DNA of 64,000 nucleotides from Macrostomum lignano (Eukaryota): NCBI GenBank assembly GCA_002269645.1, contig NIVC01002210.1, positions 1 to 64,000 of the forward strand, read 5' to 3'. Shown piece by piece: positions 11,842 to 21,009 of this stretch (position 1 is its first letter; each line of letters starts with the position of its first letter). The notes under the pieces were generated by a model. It saw only the letters and a program-made list of their open reading frames with translations, ran no database searches and was not told where the DNA came from. The position numbers and the translations under genes were made by a program.

Positions 11842-12200
11842 TATTTTTTTATTAGAGGCAGGGGGTTGTATGCACCCTGGCACACTTTAAGTGACATAGG
11901 CATACAACTAGCAAGAGGCATTGCTGCCTATTCCACTAACTCCCCTGAGCAGGCACACAAGCGTGTGGATATGTATGCAGGCACACTTACACAGGAGTAT
12001 ACAATGGCCCTAACTTTATTTATTGTTAGGCATGTATACTTCACTGTGCCTTGGGGGTTGGCTCTCAAGGCTGTTAATTGCACAAGCAGAGAGCCAAGCC
12101 AAGATTCCAATTCAGCCCCAAATTAATGTGACTACTCTTAGAATCGAGCCTAGGTCGCTAGCACACTAGAGCAGCTGTGCTACCGCTTGGCTACAACCCC
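11842..12200 (-). mobile_element. tRNA-derived SINE, copy 1 (heavily C-to-T mutated)
   Basis: On the minus strand: A-box-like TAGCCAAGCGG, B-box-like GGCTCGATTC and an A-rich tail. Clearly homologous to 46353-46677. Confidence 0.75.
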
Positions 12201-14087
12201 CCTTTTAATTATAATAGGCCAGCAAATATAAAAAAAACATGCATTGCTTTGCCTAAATACTTTATAGTCTAAAATCAGTTTTATAATAAAAAATTAAATT
12301 TATAGAAACATATATTAATTTTTTGTACTTATTATTTTAATTTTATTAATTTAATTTTATTGATTGACTTAGGTAGGGTTTTCTTTTTTGCTAGAGACAA
12401 GGTGCAAAATCATACCCTATGCTCACTTTTAGGGTTTTATGATTTTAAGGCTTAGAATGTAGTTTCTCTTTTTTCTTATATAAAGGCAGTGCAAATAAGG
12501 CTTCAACAGAAAAATAGGTAATGAGATCACACCTAAACTGTATCATCAACTTTTTAATTTCAATTTTCAAGGTGCAATTTTAAAATTTAGGGTGCATATA
12601 CACACTTTGCGCTTAAAAAATAAACCTAGGACTTAGGCCTAGTTAATTTTAAAATAAACTTTATTTTATTTTATAAGTATTCATCATTAAATTAGTTTTA
12701 TGAATTATATCAATATTATTTATCAATCTTAATTGGCAACAATTATTTTTCTATTTCATTCATGCCTAACATTACATGGCCCATCCTCAAACTTGGATGT
12801 CACCTTGGTCTTGCATTTGAAGAAGCTTGCAAAGCTACTTGGAATTTGAATTTAATATCTCGAATGCTACCTTTTGTGAAGCAATGGTAAGTTTTAGTTA
12901 TAAACTGATTTTTTTCTGTCATCAAAATCTATCAAAATCTATTACAAAATCTGTCAATCTGTTATAAAATTCTGTAATTTAACCCCTTTCTTTTCTAAGG
13001 TTGCTCACCTGACCTGAAGAAGCAGCATTCTGGCAATTGGCAGCAGCATGTTTCTGACTGTTCTAATTCTGATGCATTATATTATTGTTAATTAATTAAT
13101 GCTATTGACAATGTCAATTTCAAATTATATATTATATCATATGCGCAGTGCAACTCTAAAGATATCAATATTTACATCAGTGTGTTTATTCTTTGTGTGC
13201 CAGTGACTCACTACTGTACATAAATACACCTTACATCGTTTTTGAATATTGAATATTGAATTTTTGTGCAGAAATATTTTTTGCTATAGCTAGTGTTTCA
13301 TCTGTGTTTCAGTTTCTTTTATATGGTATTGAGATCTGGGGTTCGTATGAAATTTTGAGATCTGGTATTATTTTGAGATTGAGGATGCAACAATTTATTA
13401 TGGCAACCAGTATAATGGCTGCTTACTCAATGACAATGTGGATTCTATGTGAAATACATAATTACTTCCATATGGATCTTCCATGTGGAATCCATATCTT
13501 GATTCCACATGGATGGACGGAGACAAATGCACATATGGATTGCATATGAAAAATCCACATGGAATCCATATCATTTTTTTCACTGGGGTGATGGAGGCTG
13601 CACACCCCGCGTGTAATACGAGTTCAGTAGGTAGATCCTCATTAGACTCGAAGCCGGCGACTAGTTTAAACACCTTGGGTAGGGTATCCGGGAATTTGAT
13701 GCCGACGGTGGATTTTGAAGTATTCACAATCATAAAGGCGGTTGGGGATGTTCTTAAAAAGACAATTTTCTTATTATCCCCTTCAACGTATCGGATACCG
13801 TTTAGAAAGCCGGAAATACATTCTTCAGGGGTTTTCAGACCCGCTGCGAGACAAAGGTTTGCAAACGACGAAGCCGTCAAGAGGCCCTCCTGTTCGCGAA
13901 TGGTGATCGGTATAGATTTTTTGAAAGATTCAAATTCTTTGGTAAAGTAGATCCGTTCGAGGCAAACCTCATGATTCGGAAAGTGGAGAGTGTCCGGTAA
14001 ATTAATAAAATAATGAGCCGGATTATTTTCGGGATAGTGCTCGGGGCACGCATTGCTAGGCAGAAAGAGATGCATGGTAGCCATGCA

Positions 14088-15166
14088 TTAGTTATTATTA
14101 CGTTGACGTATATTTATAACTTCATTTACAGGTACAAATGAATTAAAAGTGTCGGGATAACCGCGCCAGCTAACGTAATGGTGCGCAACACCATTTATTA
14201 ACACGTTTCTACGCAAAACTTTATTGATTACAAAACGCTCGGGTCGGGTAGATTTGGACAGTTCATTGTAGTAAAACCGTCCCTCAATCACTTCACCAGA
14301 CAAATCAGAAATACGATAAAAATGTGGGGGTCCAGGACAAACTTTGGATATAATGTACACCTCCTCACTATACATGTCGTACGCCTCCTTGTCGAATGCC
14401 CGGCGAGATTTCGAAATTCTCACAAAATCCCCTTTTTATATACGGGGTCGTCTTTTTGCTGATCCGGGTAGAGCTTTTCCCACACACGCTTCTGATTGTG
14501 GAACCCTACACTTGACGGTTTCATCTCAATAGTAGAATGCGTCGTGTTGTTGTAATTACCTACCAAATTGGGTAAGTAGTCAACCCAACGCCACGTGTTG
14601 TTGTGCTCAAAGTAGCGAGCCAGACGCTTTCGAAGAGTTCTAATCAGCCTCTCGGCCATGTTTGCCTTGTACACAGAGTTGGTGCTGTACATTTTAACAT
14701 TATTGTCTTTTAGTATGCGGCGCATTCGCTGATTATAAAACTCGGTACCCCGATCCACGTGCAGGTAAAGGGGGCGGGCAGGGAAATCATTCGCCAACAT
14801 TGACTCAAACGCTGCGGGGGTATCACTCTTTAGTTTAATTGCCCTACAAAAAGCCTGCTTACTAAGCACATCAATAACAACTAGTATATATTTATGTCCG
14901 TCATTCCAACGTTTGTATCGCGACATGTCCATCAAATCGGCTTGTAGAGTTTCCATGAATCCTCCCGACATTACTTTTCCCGTTTTAAATGTCCTGTTGA
15001 CTCTCCGGTGACGGGTGTAACTCGGTTGGGTTTCTAGCCATTCCCTGGTTTGGCGTCTTGTCAGGTTTGGCGCCAGACGTTTGGCCTCCTGATAGACACG
15101 GGCAGCATTTGAAAAAGCGGCGGCTCCTTGTTCGTAAACTCGACGAAGAGCGGTTAGAGCCCTCAT
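14088..15166 (-). CDS. Retroviral-type (rve) DDE integrase with C-terminal chromodomain; 1-bp frameshift at 14429-14432
   Basis: LQADLMD, YILVVIDVLSK, VDRGTEF and AERLIRTL (D,D,E). Adding one G to the G4 run gives KGDFVRISK and continues into ...FVINKVL...HYVSWRGYPDTFNSFVP (chromodomain), 359 aa in total. Confidence 0.92.
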
Positions 15167-15299
15167 TGACAACAAGTGTGGATGCGCAGCATGAATAGTT
15201 GCACGTAATGTCGGCTGGGGAGTTGTCTACACAAAGCTTTGACGCGGCTGCTGCTGCGCCCATGACCGCCGGGCGCGCGGTTATGTTTGGACTAGGGTT

Positions 15300-15926
15300 C
15301 TATTTATAAAGAGTCACGTATTTTTTCTTTTTCTCGGGTGGTCTTAGTTGGTAATCGTGATATTTACCCACCCCGGTACCTTGATCGACAAGTTTGGGCA
15401 TAGCATTTACACCTTTGTTGCGCGTGGTCGTTAAATCGCGGGTGTCTGTCGCAATTGTGTGCTCATATTCATCGCGGTAATCGTCGGTACCAACCATATG
15501 GTCAACCTTCTTTTCCTCCACAGGGAGCTGTTTCCGACCGAGCATAGACATTGGTATACGGGCCTTGTCTAGCAGAGCCCAGAAAGCGGTCGAATATTTC
15601 GGGTGATTATTAGTGTTGGTGGTGACGGCTTGTAGAAGATCAAAAACGTTGCTGCCACCCCAAGTTTCACCATCAAAAACGACTTCCCACGATTGGTTGT
15701 AATTTAGGCTGGGGTGCTTTTCTGTTAGTATATTCCATATACGTTGTTGCCTATCAGAAAATAGCTGCTTTGTCGTCTGTTGGGGTTTTACTTTAGCCAA
15801 TTGGGTCTGTAGCTTTGCATTGTACTCTACAAGTTTTTCGTACTCCGATTTTGGGGCAATTTCTCGCGGAGTACCCTGTCTAAGCTGATTGAATTCCTCC
15901 TCGGGGACCACAACGTACTTGTCCAT
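15300..15926 (-). CDS. Conserved Polinton/adintovirus-type protein of unknown function
   Basis: W.VVFDG....GSNVFDLL.....P....FW.LL....IP motif that I recognise from Polinton-type ORFs. Compact, same-strand position within the element. Confidence 0.6.
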   Translation of the reverse strand: MDKYVVVPEEEFNQLRQGTPREIAPKSEYEKLVEYNAKLQTQLAKVKPQQTTKQLFSDRQQRIWNILTEKHPSLNYNQSWEVVFDGETWGGSNVFDLLQAVTTNTNNHPKYSTAFWALLDKARIPMSMLGRKQLPVEEKKVDHMVGTDDYRDEYEHTIATDTRDLTTTRNKGVNAMPKLVDQGTGVGKYHDYQLRPPEKKKKYVTLYK

Positions 15927-15928
15927 TT

Positions 15929-16318
15929 TCAACGTCGTTGTCCTAGCAGACCACCAAACAGTCCAGTGATTAACGGTGCAGCAATCTTGGCGAGAATTGG
16001 TAGGAATCCTCCAACTTGAGGGTCCGATAGTATCATATTCTTCTTCCTATTTATAGACAGTTTTTTGTCGGCCATGTCATGCAGGGCTTCTCTATAACGT
16101 TTCAACCTTGCAAACTGTCTAGGGGATAGATCGATATTGCCCTTGAGTACATTGTGGCTTAACTCGCACAGACACTGCATCAACTCATTATCGGCTCCCC
16201 TAATAATGGCCCTCCTTCGATGTGGTCGCGCGTCACCGAGCTCCTCTAGCTCGCGACGGCAAGAACAAAGACGAGAAATTCCGTTTGTCATTATTAAGGT
16301 GGTAAGCATTGCGTGCAT
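15929..16318 (-). CDS. Small Polinton core protein ending in a protease site and wasp-venom-like amphipathic peptide
   Basis: CLCELSHNVLKGNIDLS..Q..RLK.Y...L motif. C-terminus QVGG|FLPILAKIAAPLITGLFGGLL. Confidence 0.7.
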   Translation of the reverse strand: MHAMLTTLIMTNGISRLCSCRRELEELGDARPHRRRAIIRGADNELMQCLCELSHNVLKGNIDLSPRQFARLKRYREALHDMADKKLSINRKKNMILSDPQVGGFLPILAKIAAPLITGLFGGLLGQRR

Positions 16319-16743
16319 ACATGTGCATATTTTGTTTATTTATAAGCAAAGCATAATTAGAGTTGCAGAATAGCAGTCACGTGGTCGTACATTTTACACA
16401 GTTCGTCATAGTTTCGTATTCCTAGGAACACTAACCGACCATTCTTTCCTTGGCCTTGCGGAATGGGGACTTTATTACAAGCCCATTGAATACCTCACTC
16501 TCCCACTCAACCCAGCGCGAGCTCGAGTTGGCAAGGCGGAAAAAGTTTGGCTTAACATTAACTTCTGCACGATAAGTACCGGTAGTGATAACAACAGAGT
16601 TTGGTTTACATTGAGCAAAAAGACGCAGCACATCGTTGGTTGATTGGCAACCAAAAACAATGGCAGATAATGAATGTTTGAAAAAGTTTATTGTACACTT
16701 TCCGATCCTCAGGTTGTACAATGCCCGGGGTCTATGAAACGTT

Positions 16744-17424
16744 CTAGCGCGCGCCCAGTCCAAGTTCGGTAGGTGGTTCCACCTTGCGCAAAACACCCTG
16801 TTTACGCACACGACGTTCTGCAAGCGGTTTTTTCGGTTGCTTTTGTTTCCGCTCAGCTCCACCAGCTCCGCGCTTGCGTCCTACCTTGATTTTTAACGGT
16901 GGAATCCAGTAGCAGCGGTCAAACGCCTGCTTGGGAGCTTCTATGAATTGCAGTTGTTGAATTTTTGGTACCGCGGTTAGAACCGAGTCGTGAATCACCG
17001 CCGTGTCTAGGGCGAACAGTACTCTGTAGTAGCCCGTCTTGTTCTTGTAGTCGGTGCACAACTTGCCGCTCTTGTCGTACATTTTAAAGTCGTGAGCCAA
17101 TCCGAATGCAGCGCTGTCGCAGCCAAAAGTGGGGTTGTACCCTAATAGCGCCATTCCTTGGATAGAGAGCTGGTGACACACGGAATTAAACGCTTCTGGT
17201 ATGCAGCTCTCCAAGTGCTTTTGGGAAAGAATGATGAATTCGCGGCCTTCATTGTCGGTTCTCACACCCTTGACAATCAGTACGGGCGTCGCATTGGCAA
17301 GATAGAGAGGGCCCTGTTCGTCGTACTCAATGTCGTACGTCTCGGTTCCGTTGTAGCTTGGACCTCTCGACTTGAGAGAGAATAGGTCGATCCTAACACT
17401 ATTGTAGTCTTGAACGGTATCCAT
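16744..17424 (-). CDS. Hypothetical viral protein (226 aa), beta-rich with a basic C-terminal tail; possibly an OB-fold ssDNA-binding protein
   Basis: Clean ATG-to-stop ORF in the viral gene row, with a TATATAA ~50 bp upstream. The fold assignment is a guess from sequence pattern only. Confidence 0.6.
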   Translation of the reverse strand: MDTVQDYNSVRIDLFSLKSRGPSYNGTETYDIEYDEQGPLYLANATPVLIVKGVRTDNEGREFIILSQKHLESCIPEAFNSVCHQLSIQGMALLGYNPTFGCDSAAFGLAHDFKMYDKSGKLCTDYKNKTGYYRVLFALDTAVIHDSVLTAVPKIQQLQFIEAPKQAFDRCYWIPPLKIKVGRKRGAGGAERKQKQPKKPLAERRVRKQGVLRKVEPPTELGLGAR

Positions 17425-17516
17425 GTTGCTGCTGTTGTTGCTGAGAGTGGGTCTCGCACCCTGAGCGCCTCCTTATATACCCTTGTGGCGGAGGGTGGGG
17501 TGGCTGGGCGTTTTTG

Positions 17517-18032
17517 TTATAGTCCTTCTTTAACGACACTTTCCGGTGTTGGAAATCCGGAAAAAATAAACCTTTTGTTTCGATCTTCTGGTCGAGGGGT
17601 TTGAGGCGTGTCGTTAATGCAGCTGCAGTGAGGGTTGATAGTCAACTTCGCTAGCACTGGTCTACTGTGTTTAGGTCGCCAAATCCTTTGGTGTTCCGTC
17701 CACGAGGGAGCAATCGGCTGGTGAATCCGGTACCGTATTTTCTCACGATGATCCTCTTGTAATATTGGGGCAATTATCTGCTCCATTCTTTGAAGATTTG
17801 CTTTGAAATGCATCTTGTCTCTAAAGTAGTAGTCAATTCGGGCATCTGTATATTCTTGGGTGCTGTAAGGCCCTTGCCCAATTTCGTCTACCTCGGCATT
17901 AAAGGTGACTAATCGTTCGGGAATTGGTTTGCCGTGACAAATGCATAACCAGTCTGTGGACTTTTTCAGGGTCTCGTACTCTGCCCTTTCTTTGCTCGAT
18001 AAAAGCGGGTAGTCTCGAGAAATCCAGCTCAT
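17517..18032 (-). CDS. Hypothetical viral protein (171 aa)
   Basis: Its ATG overlaps the upstream stop (ATGA at 18032-18029); same strand as all other viral genes. Confidence 0.6.
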   Translation of the reverse strand: MSWISRDYPLLSSKERAEYETLKKSTDWLCICHGKPIPERLVTFNAEVDEIGQGPYSTQEYTDARIDYYFRDKMHFKANLQRMEQIIAPILQEDHREKIRYRIHQPIAPSWTEHQRIWRPKHSRPVLAKLTINPHCSCINDTPQTPRPEDRNKRFIFSGFPTPESVVKEGL

Positions 18033-18382
18033 TCCTCTGACTCGTCAGATTCGTCGAGAAAGAAATAGTGGAAGAAATTGTCGACTCTATTCTTTTCAAC
18101 TGCACAAAGTATTTTGTCTGACAGGTGAAATTCGCAGTCTCCTTTTACGTACAGGCGCTTCCCGTCGATAACTTTGATAGATGCGCCGCCTCCGAGATCG
18201 TAATCTGTGCAGCTAGTGCCCAGAAATTTCATTCGATGCCATTGTGCTCGACTAAACACGGCTCCTGGACAGCTACAGTTTTGACAGTGGATGCGGAAAC
18301 GCGGTTTGTTTGGGTCCCAATATCCCACTTCCAACACTGCGTTGTCAACGTGGGTGTACACTATTTCCGATTGCCAGTGCAT
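18029..18382 (-). CDS. Hypothetical viral protein (~117 aa) with acidic tail; possibly PC4-like
   Basis: TATAAATA 32 bp upstream of the ATG at 18382. The LEVGYW...FS..QW pattern only loosely suggests PC4-type folds. Confidence 0.55.
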   Translation of the reverse strand: MHWQSEIVYTHVDNAVLEVGYWDPNKPRFRIHCQNCSCPGAVFSRAQWHRMKFLGTSCTDYDLGGGASIKVIDGKRLYVKGDCEFHLSDKILCAVEKNRVDNFFHYFFLDESDESEE

Positions 18383-18416
18383 TTCGATATTGTTGAGAAA
18401 TACCAATTTTATTTAT

Positions 18417-19196
18417 TTATAGGCAGCCGTCTGAACAGATTTCCAACCATTCCCTCCACTGTAGAACGGTTCTCTCAATTGATAAAAGTAAATACGCCGC
18501 TAGGAGCCCCCGGTTGCTGCTGCGCGCTTCGTAAAGACAGTTGAGATATGTGTCTCTATTTGCATACGCAAATGATACGGGTTCTGGCAGAATCCGGTTG
18601 AGCAACTTTGATAATAACAACCTAGCAGTTCTACCATTGCCGTCGCTAAAGGGGTGTATGGTGAGAAACTTTTCTAGGAAATATGCTCCTGTCACTACTG
18701 CATCACGCAAGATTTGTGGCTCTTTTATGTCTCTAGTTAATTTTACCAGCTGCCGTTCAATATTTTCTGGGGCACTGTAATACACACTCGCGCCTGCTGG
18801 CTTGGCGTGCTTAATTCTATACGATCCCGCATTCGGGAGCAGTCCTCTGCACACGCGTGTGTGAACTTGTCTAACAAACTCTGTGTCAATTAACCCCCTC
18901 GTGTCATTGAGGTGTATTGCCGCACTCCATAGATTGGCTGTGACCATACAGGACCGGGTTTTTATCGCTTCTTCTGCTTCCTCCCAAGTCAACGCCACCT
19001 CTCTCTCCTCAATGTTTACTTCAGTTACGAATGCCAGCCGGGCTAGATGTGTGAATTCTAAGCGCTCCTTTGCGGTCAATCCCTCGATTCTTTTCCTAGT
19101 GTCTGATAACAATCTTTCAATGAGGGGTAATCTGGCGCGCACGCTCTCGTTGCTGAAATAGGGGTTATCAGTTATACCCTCCTCCATGTTCTCCAT
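18417..19196 (-). CDS. Fic/Doc-family protein (putative AMPylase), 259 aa
   Basis: Canonical catalytic motif HPFSDGNGRTAR (18656-18621), upstream RQVH...AGSYR motif, and C-terminal R..YL..L..AR helix. Confidence 0.93.
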   Translation of the reverse strand: MENMEEGITDNPYFSNESVRARLPLIERLLSDTRKRIEGLTAKERLEFTHLARLAFVTEVNIEEREVALTWEEAEEAIKTRSCMVTANLWSAAIHLNDTRGLIDTEFVRQVHTRVCRGLLPNAGSYRIKHAKPAGASVYYSAPENIERQLVKLTRDIKEPQILRDAVVTGAYFLEKFLTIHPFSDGNGRTARLLLSKLLNRILPEPVSFAYANRDTYLNCLYEARSSNRGLLAAYLLLSIERTVLQWREWLEICSDGCL

Positions 19197-19261
19197 ACAG
19201 AGGGTTTGTACACTGCTTCTATTTATGGTTGAAATGACACGTTGCTCGCGGCCTGTCTGTC

Positions 19262-19931
19262 CCTCTGCAGCCTGGGGAGCTCTCTATCACTCACCGCCGG
19301 TCTGTCCCACGCCTCCAGACTGGGCCGCTCTCTCCGCGGGGGGTGTGATTCATACTGCCTCTCTGTCCACGCCGCGTGCTGCGACATGCCAGGGCAGCGC
19401 AGGGTGCCTCCACGCACTCTCTGTCCCAGCACCCCGTGTCTCTTTGTACCCCACCTCATACTGCTACAGGGGGCCGCCTGTTATCTGTCCCTTGCTACAG
19501 GGGGATGGCGGCTCTCCACGCACTACCCCTCCTGCTACAGGGGCTGCTCTCTGTCCCCAGCTACAGGGCTGCTCTCTGTCCCCCGCATGGGGGGCCGGTT
19601 GCTCAGTGTACAGGGCTGCGTCAGCATCGGGGGTTTCCTTCCTACACTAACCGCGTGCACACGACATTGGTGGGAGGGGCGGGAATCCCCCCGCCGGATG
19701 TACACCCCGAGGGAGGCCCATGCGCTGAAGGTACACTCGCTGGACGCCCACCCTGCCGGATGTACACTCGCAGGAGGCCCACCCCGCTGGAGGTACACTC
19801 GCTGGACGCCCACCCCGCTGGAGGTACACCCCGGGTGTACATCCCGAGGGAGCACCTTGCCGCGGTGCTAGAGGCCGACATCAGCCCGACGGACCTTCGC
19901 AAAATCAACGGATCTGCCGGCCCTTAGTAGT
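19262..19931 (-). repeat. Right terminal inverted repeat (670 bp)
   Basis: Reverse complement of 6031-6699; ends AGTAGT immediately before the TSD. Confidence 0.95.
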
Positions 19932-20617
19932 CACAGGTTCCTTGGTTGTTTGGTTTGTCATTATCATCTATAGGTCAGAGCTTACAAGCCGTATGATTAT
20001 AAGCTGTCTCAACTTTCAGGCCCCTTGATATCCAGTCAGCTGAATAGCCAAAAGACTGCATTATAAAGAACAACAATTTAAAATATTGTAAAATAAAGCT
20101 GGTCGCTATTGACGAGTTTCGGGCAGTGCAGGTCTCCGCAACTGTCATGTGATGCGACAACTTTGGTATCGCGCAGCTGGATTGAGAATCCTAGCACAAT
20201 GTTTTTGTAGCGAATTGAATTAGGTACTTGTACAGTCGACTGTAAGAATAAGAATGCATCTTTCTCTACCAACTCATACTCGTATTAGCTCATTGCCCAT
20301 CTCACACTGCACCAGCTACGAGCGTATAGGCACAGAGCGTTAAATGAGGTGACAATTCATCTTTGCTTAGTACATTTGAGTCTATCTTAGCTAACTAGGC
20401 TAAGATAGACTCATATATAGTCTTATGCTTGCGAGAGGGCCATGAATACAGAGTGCAATAAATAAAGAAGCGAAGAAAGAGACTAGGCATATTTGGAGAA
20501 GAATTAACATTTTAATTCACTGGCTCTCCAGTTGTTGCTATATACTCGTATTAGCTACGGCTCTTACCTCTTGAGAAACTTTGCGAATTTGGCGCCCATC
20601 ACAGCTTTAACGCCAGA

Positions 20618-20645
20618 ATGTCTTTGATGCACTTCGACGAAGAGC
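20618..20645 (+). CDS. Putative alternative first coding exon of the calmodulin-like gene (MSLMHFDEE)
   Basis: ATG at 20618 and a strong donor C|GTAAGT in phase 1, the same phase as the acceptor at 22976. The peptide parallels LHFSEE at the end of the 22504 exon. Confidence 0.45.
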
Positions 20646-21009
20646 GTAAGTGGTTTCCAATTTTTTGTTACTAATTTTAAAAGCAATTTCAACTCTTAAA
20701 CTGCCTATCTTTGTTTAAAAGCACTGCTCGTGAGATGAGATGAGAAGAAATAATTATATAGTGAACTCCCTGCAATTTCATGATTCTTCAGTCGCTAATT
20801 ATCTCTATAGAGTATTTACTAAATTGTACCATCCTCTATATGTACACAGTACGACCACGTAGTCAAATCATGAATACAGTTACACAGAGTATACGGGTGC
20901 CCAAGAATCGTCTTTTAACCATTCCCAAAACCTATTCAAAAACCTTTAAAATGGACTTCTACGATAACCTTGTCAACAGTTGTCATCTAAACAGCAAACG
21001 AATCGTTTC

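Larger units (their letters stand above)
10226..13587. mobile_element. Non-autonomous DNA transposon, CACTA/EnSpm-superfamily-like, nested in the penton gene
   Basis: TIRs CCCAGTGAAAAA...TTTTTCACTGGG, 2-bp TSD GT (10224-10225, 13588-13589), subterminal CCACGTGG-derived repeats. AT-rich, with no transposase ORF seen. The superfamily call rests only on the 2-bp TSD and CCC termini. Confidence 0.85.
9581..14084 (-). pseudogene. Minor capsid protein (penton, Polinton PX), split by the nested transposon; reconstructed length 379 aa
   Basis: The N-part 14084-13588 (MHLFLPSN...FINLPDTL...EVCLERIYF) joins in frame to the C-part 10223-9581 (MYIYSSIVDSVIVGDVKVPLL...NPAYLPL...FKTIEVQIND) once the insert and one TSD copy are removed: ...ASIT|AVVEK..., 1140 nt in total. 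Confidence 0.9.
6031..19931 (-). mobile_element. Endogenous Polinton/Maverick (adintovirus-like) element, 13,901 bp including a 3,362-bp nested insertion; lacks pPolB
   Basis: 6-bp TSD CACAGG at 6025-6030 and 19932-19937. Termini ACTACT...AGTAGT with ~670-bp TIRs. Internal ATPase, protease, MCP, mCP and integrase genes all lie on the minus strand. Confidence 0.97.

Noticed and set aside
13398-13587. C-terminal 60 aa of the 228-aa ORF and N-terminal MATWNPRGIHESFF of the 230-aa ORF
   Set aside because: Both are read-through into the nested transposon's termini, not part of the penton.
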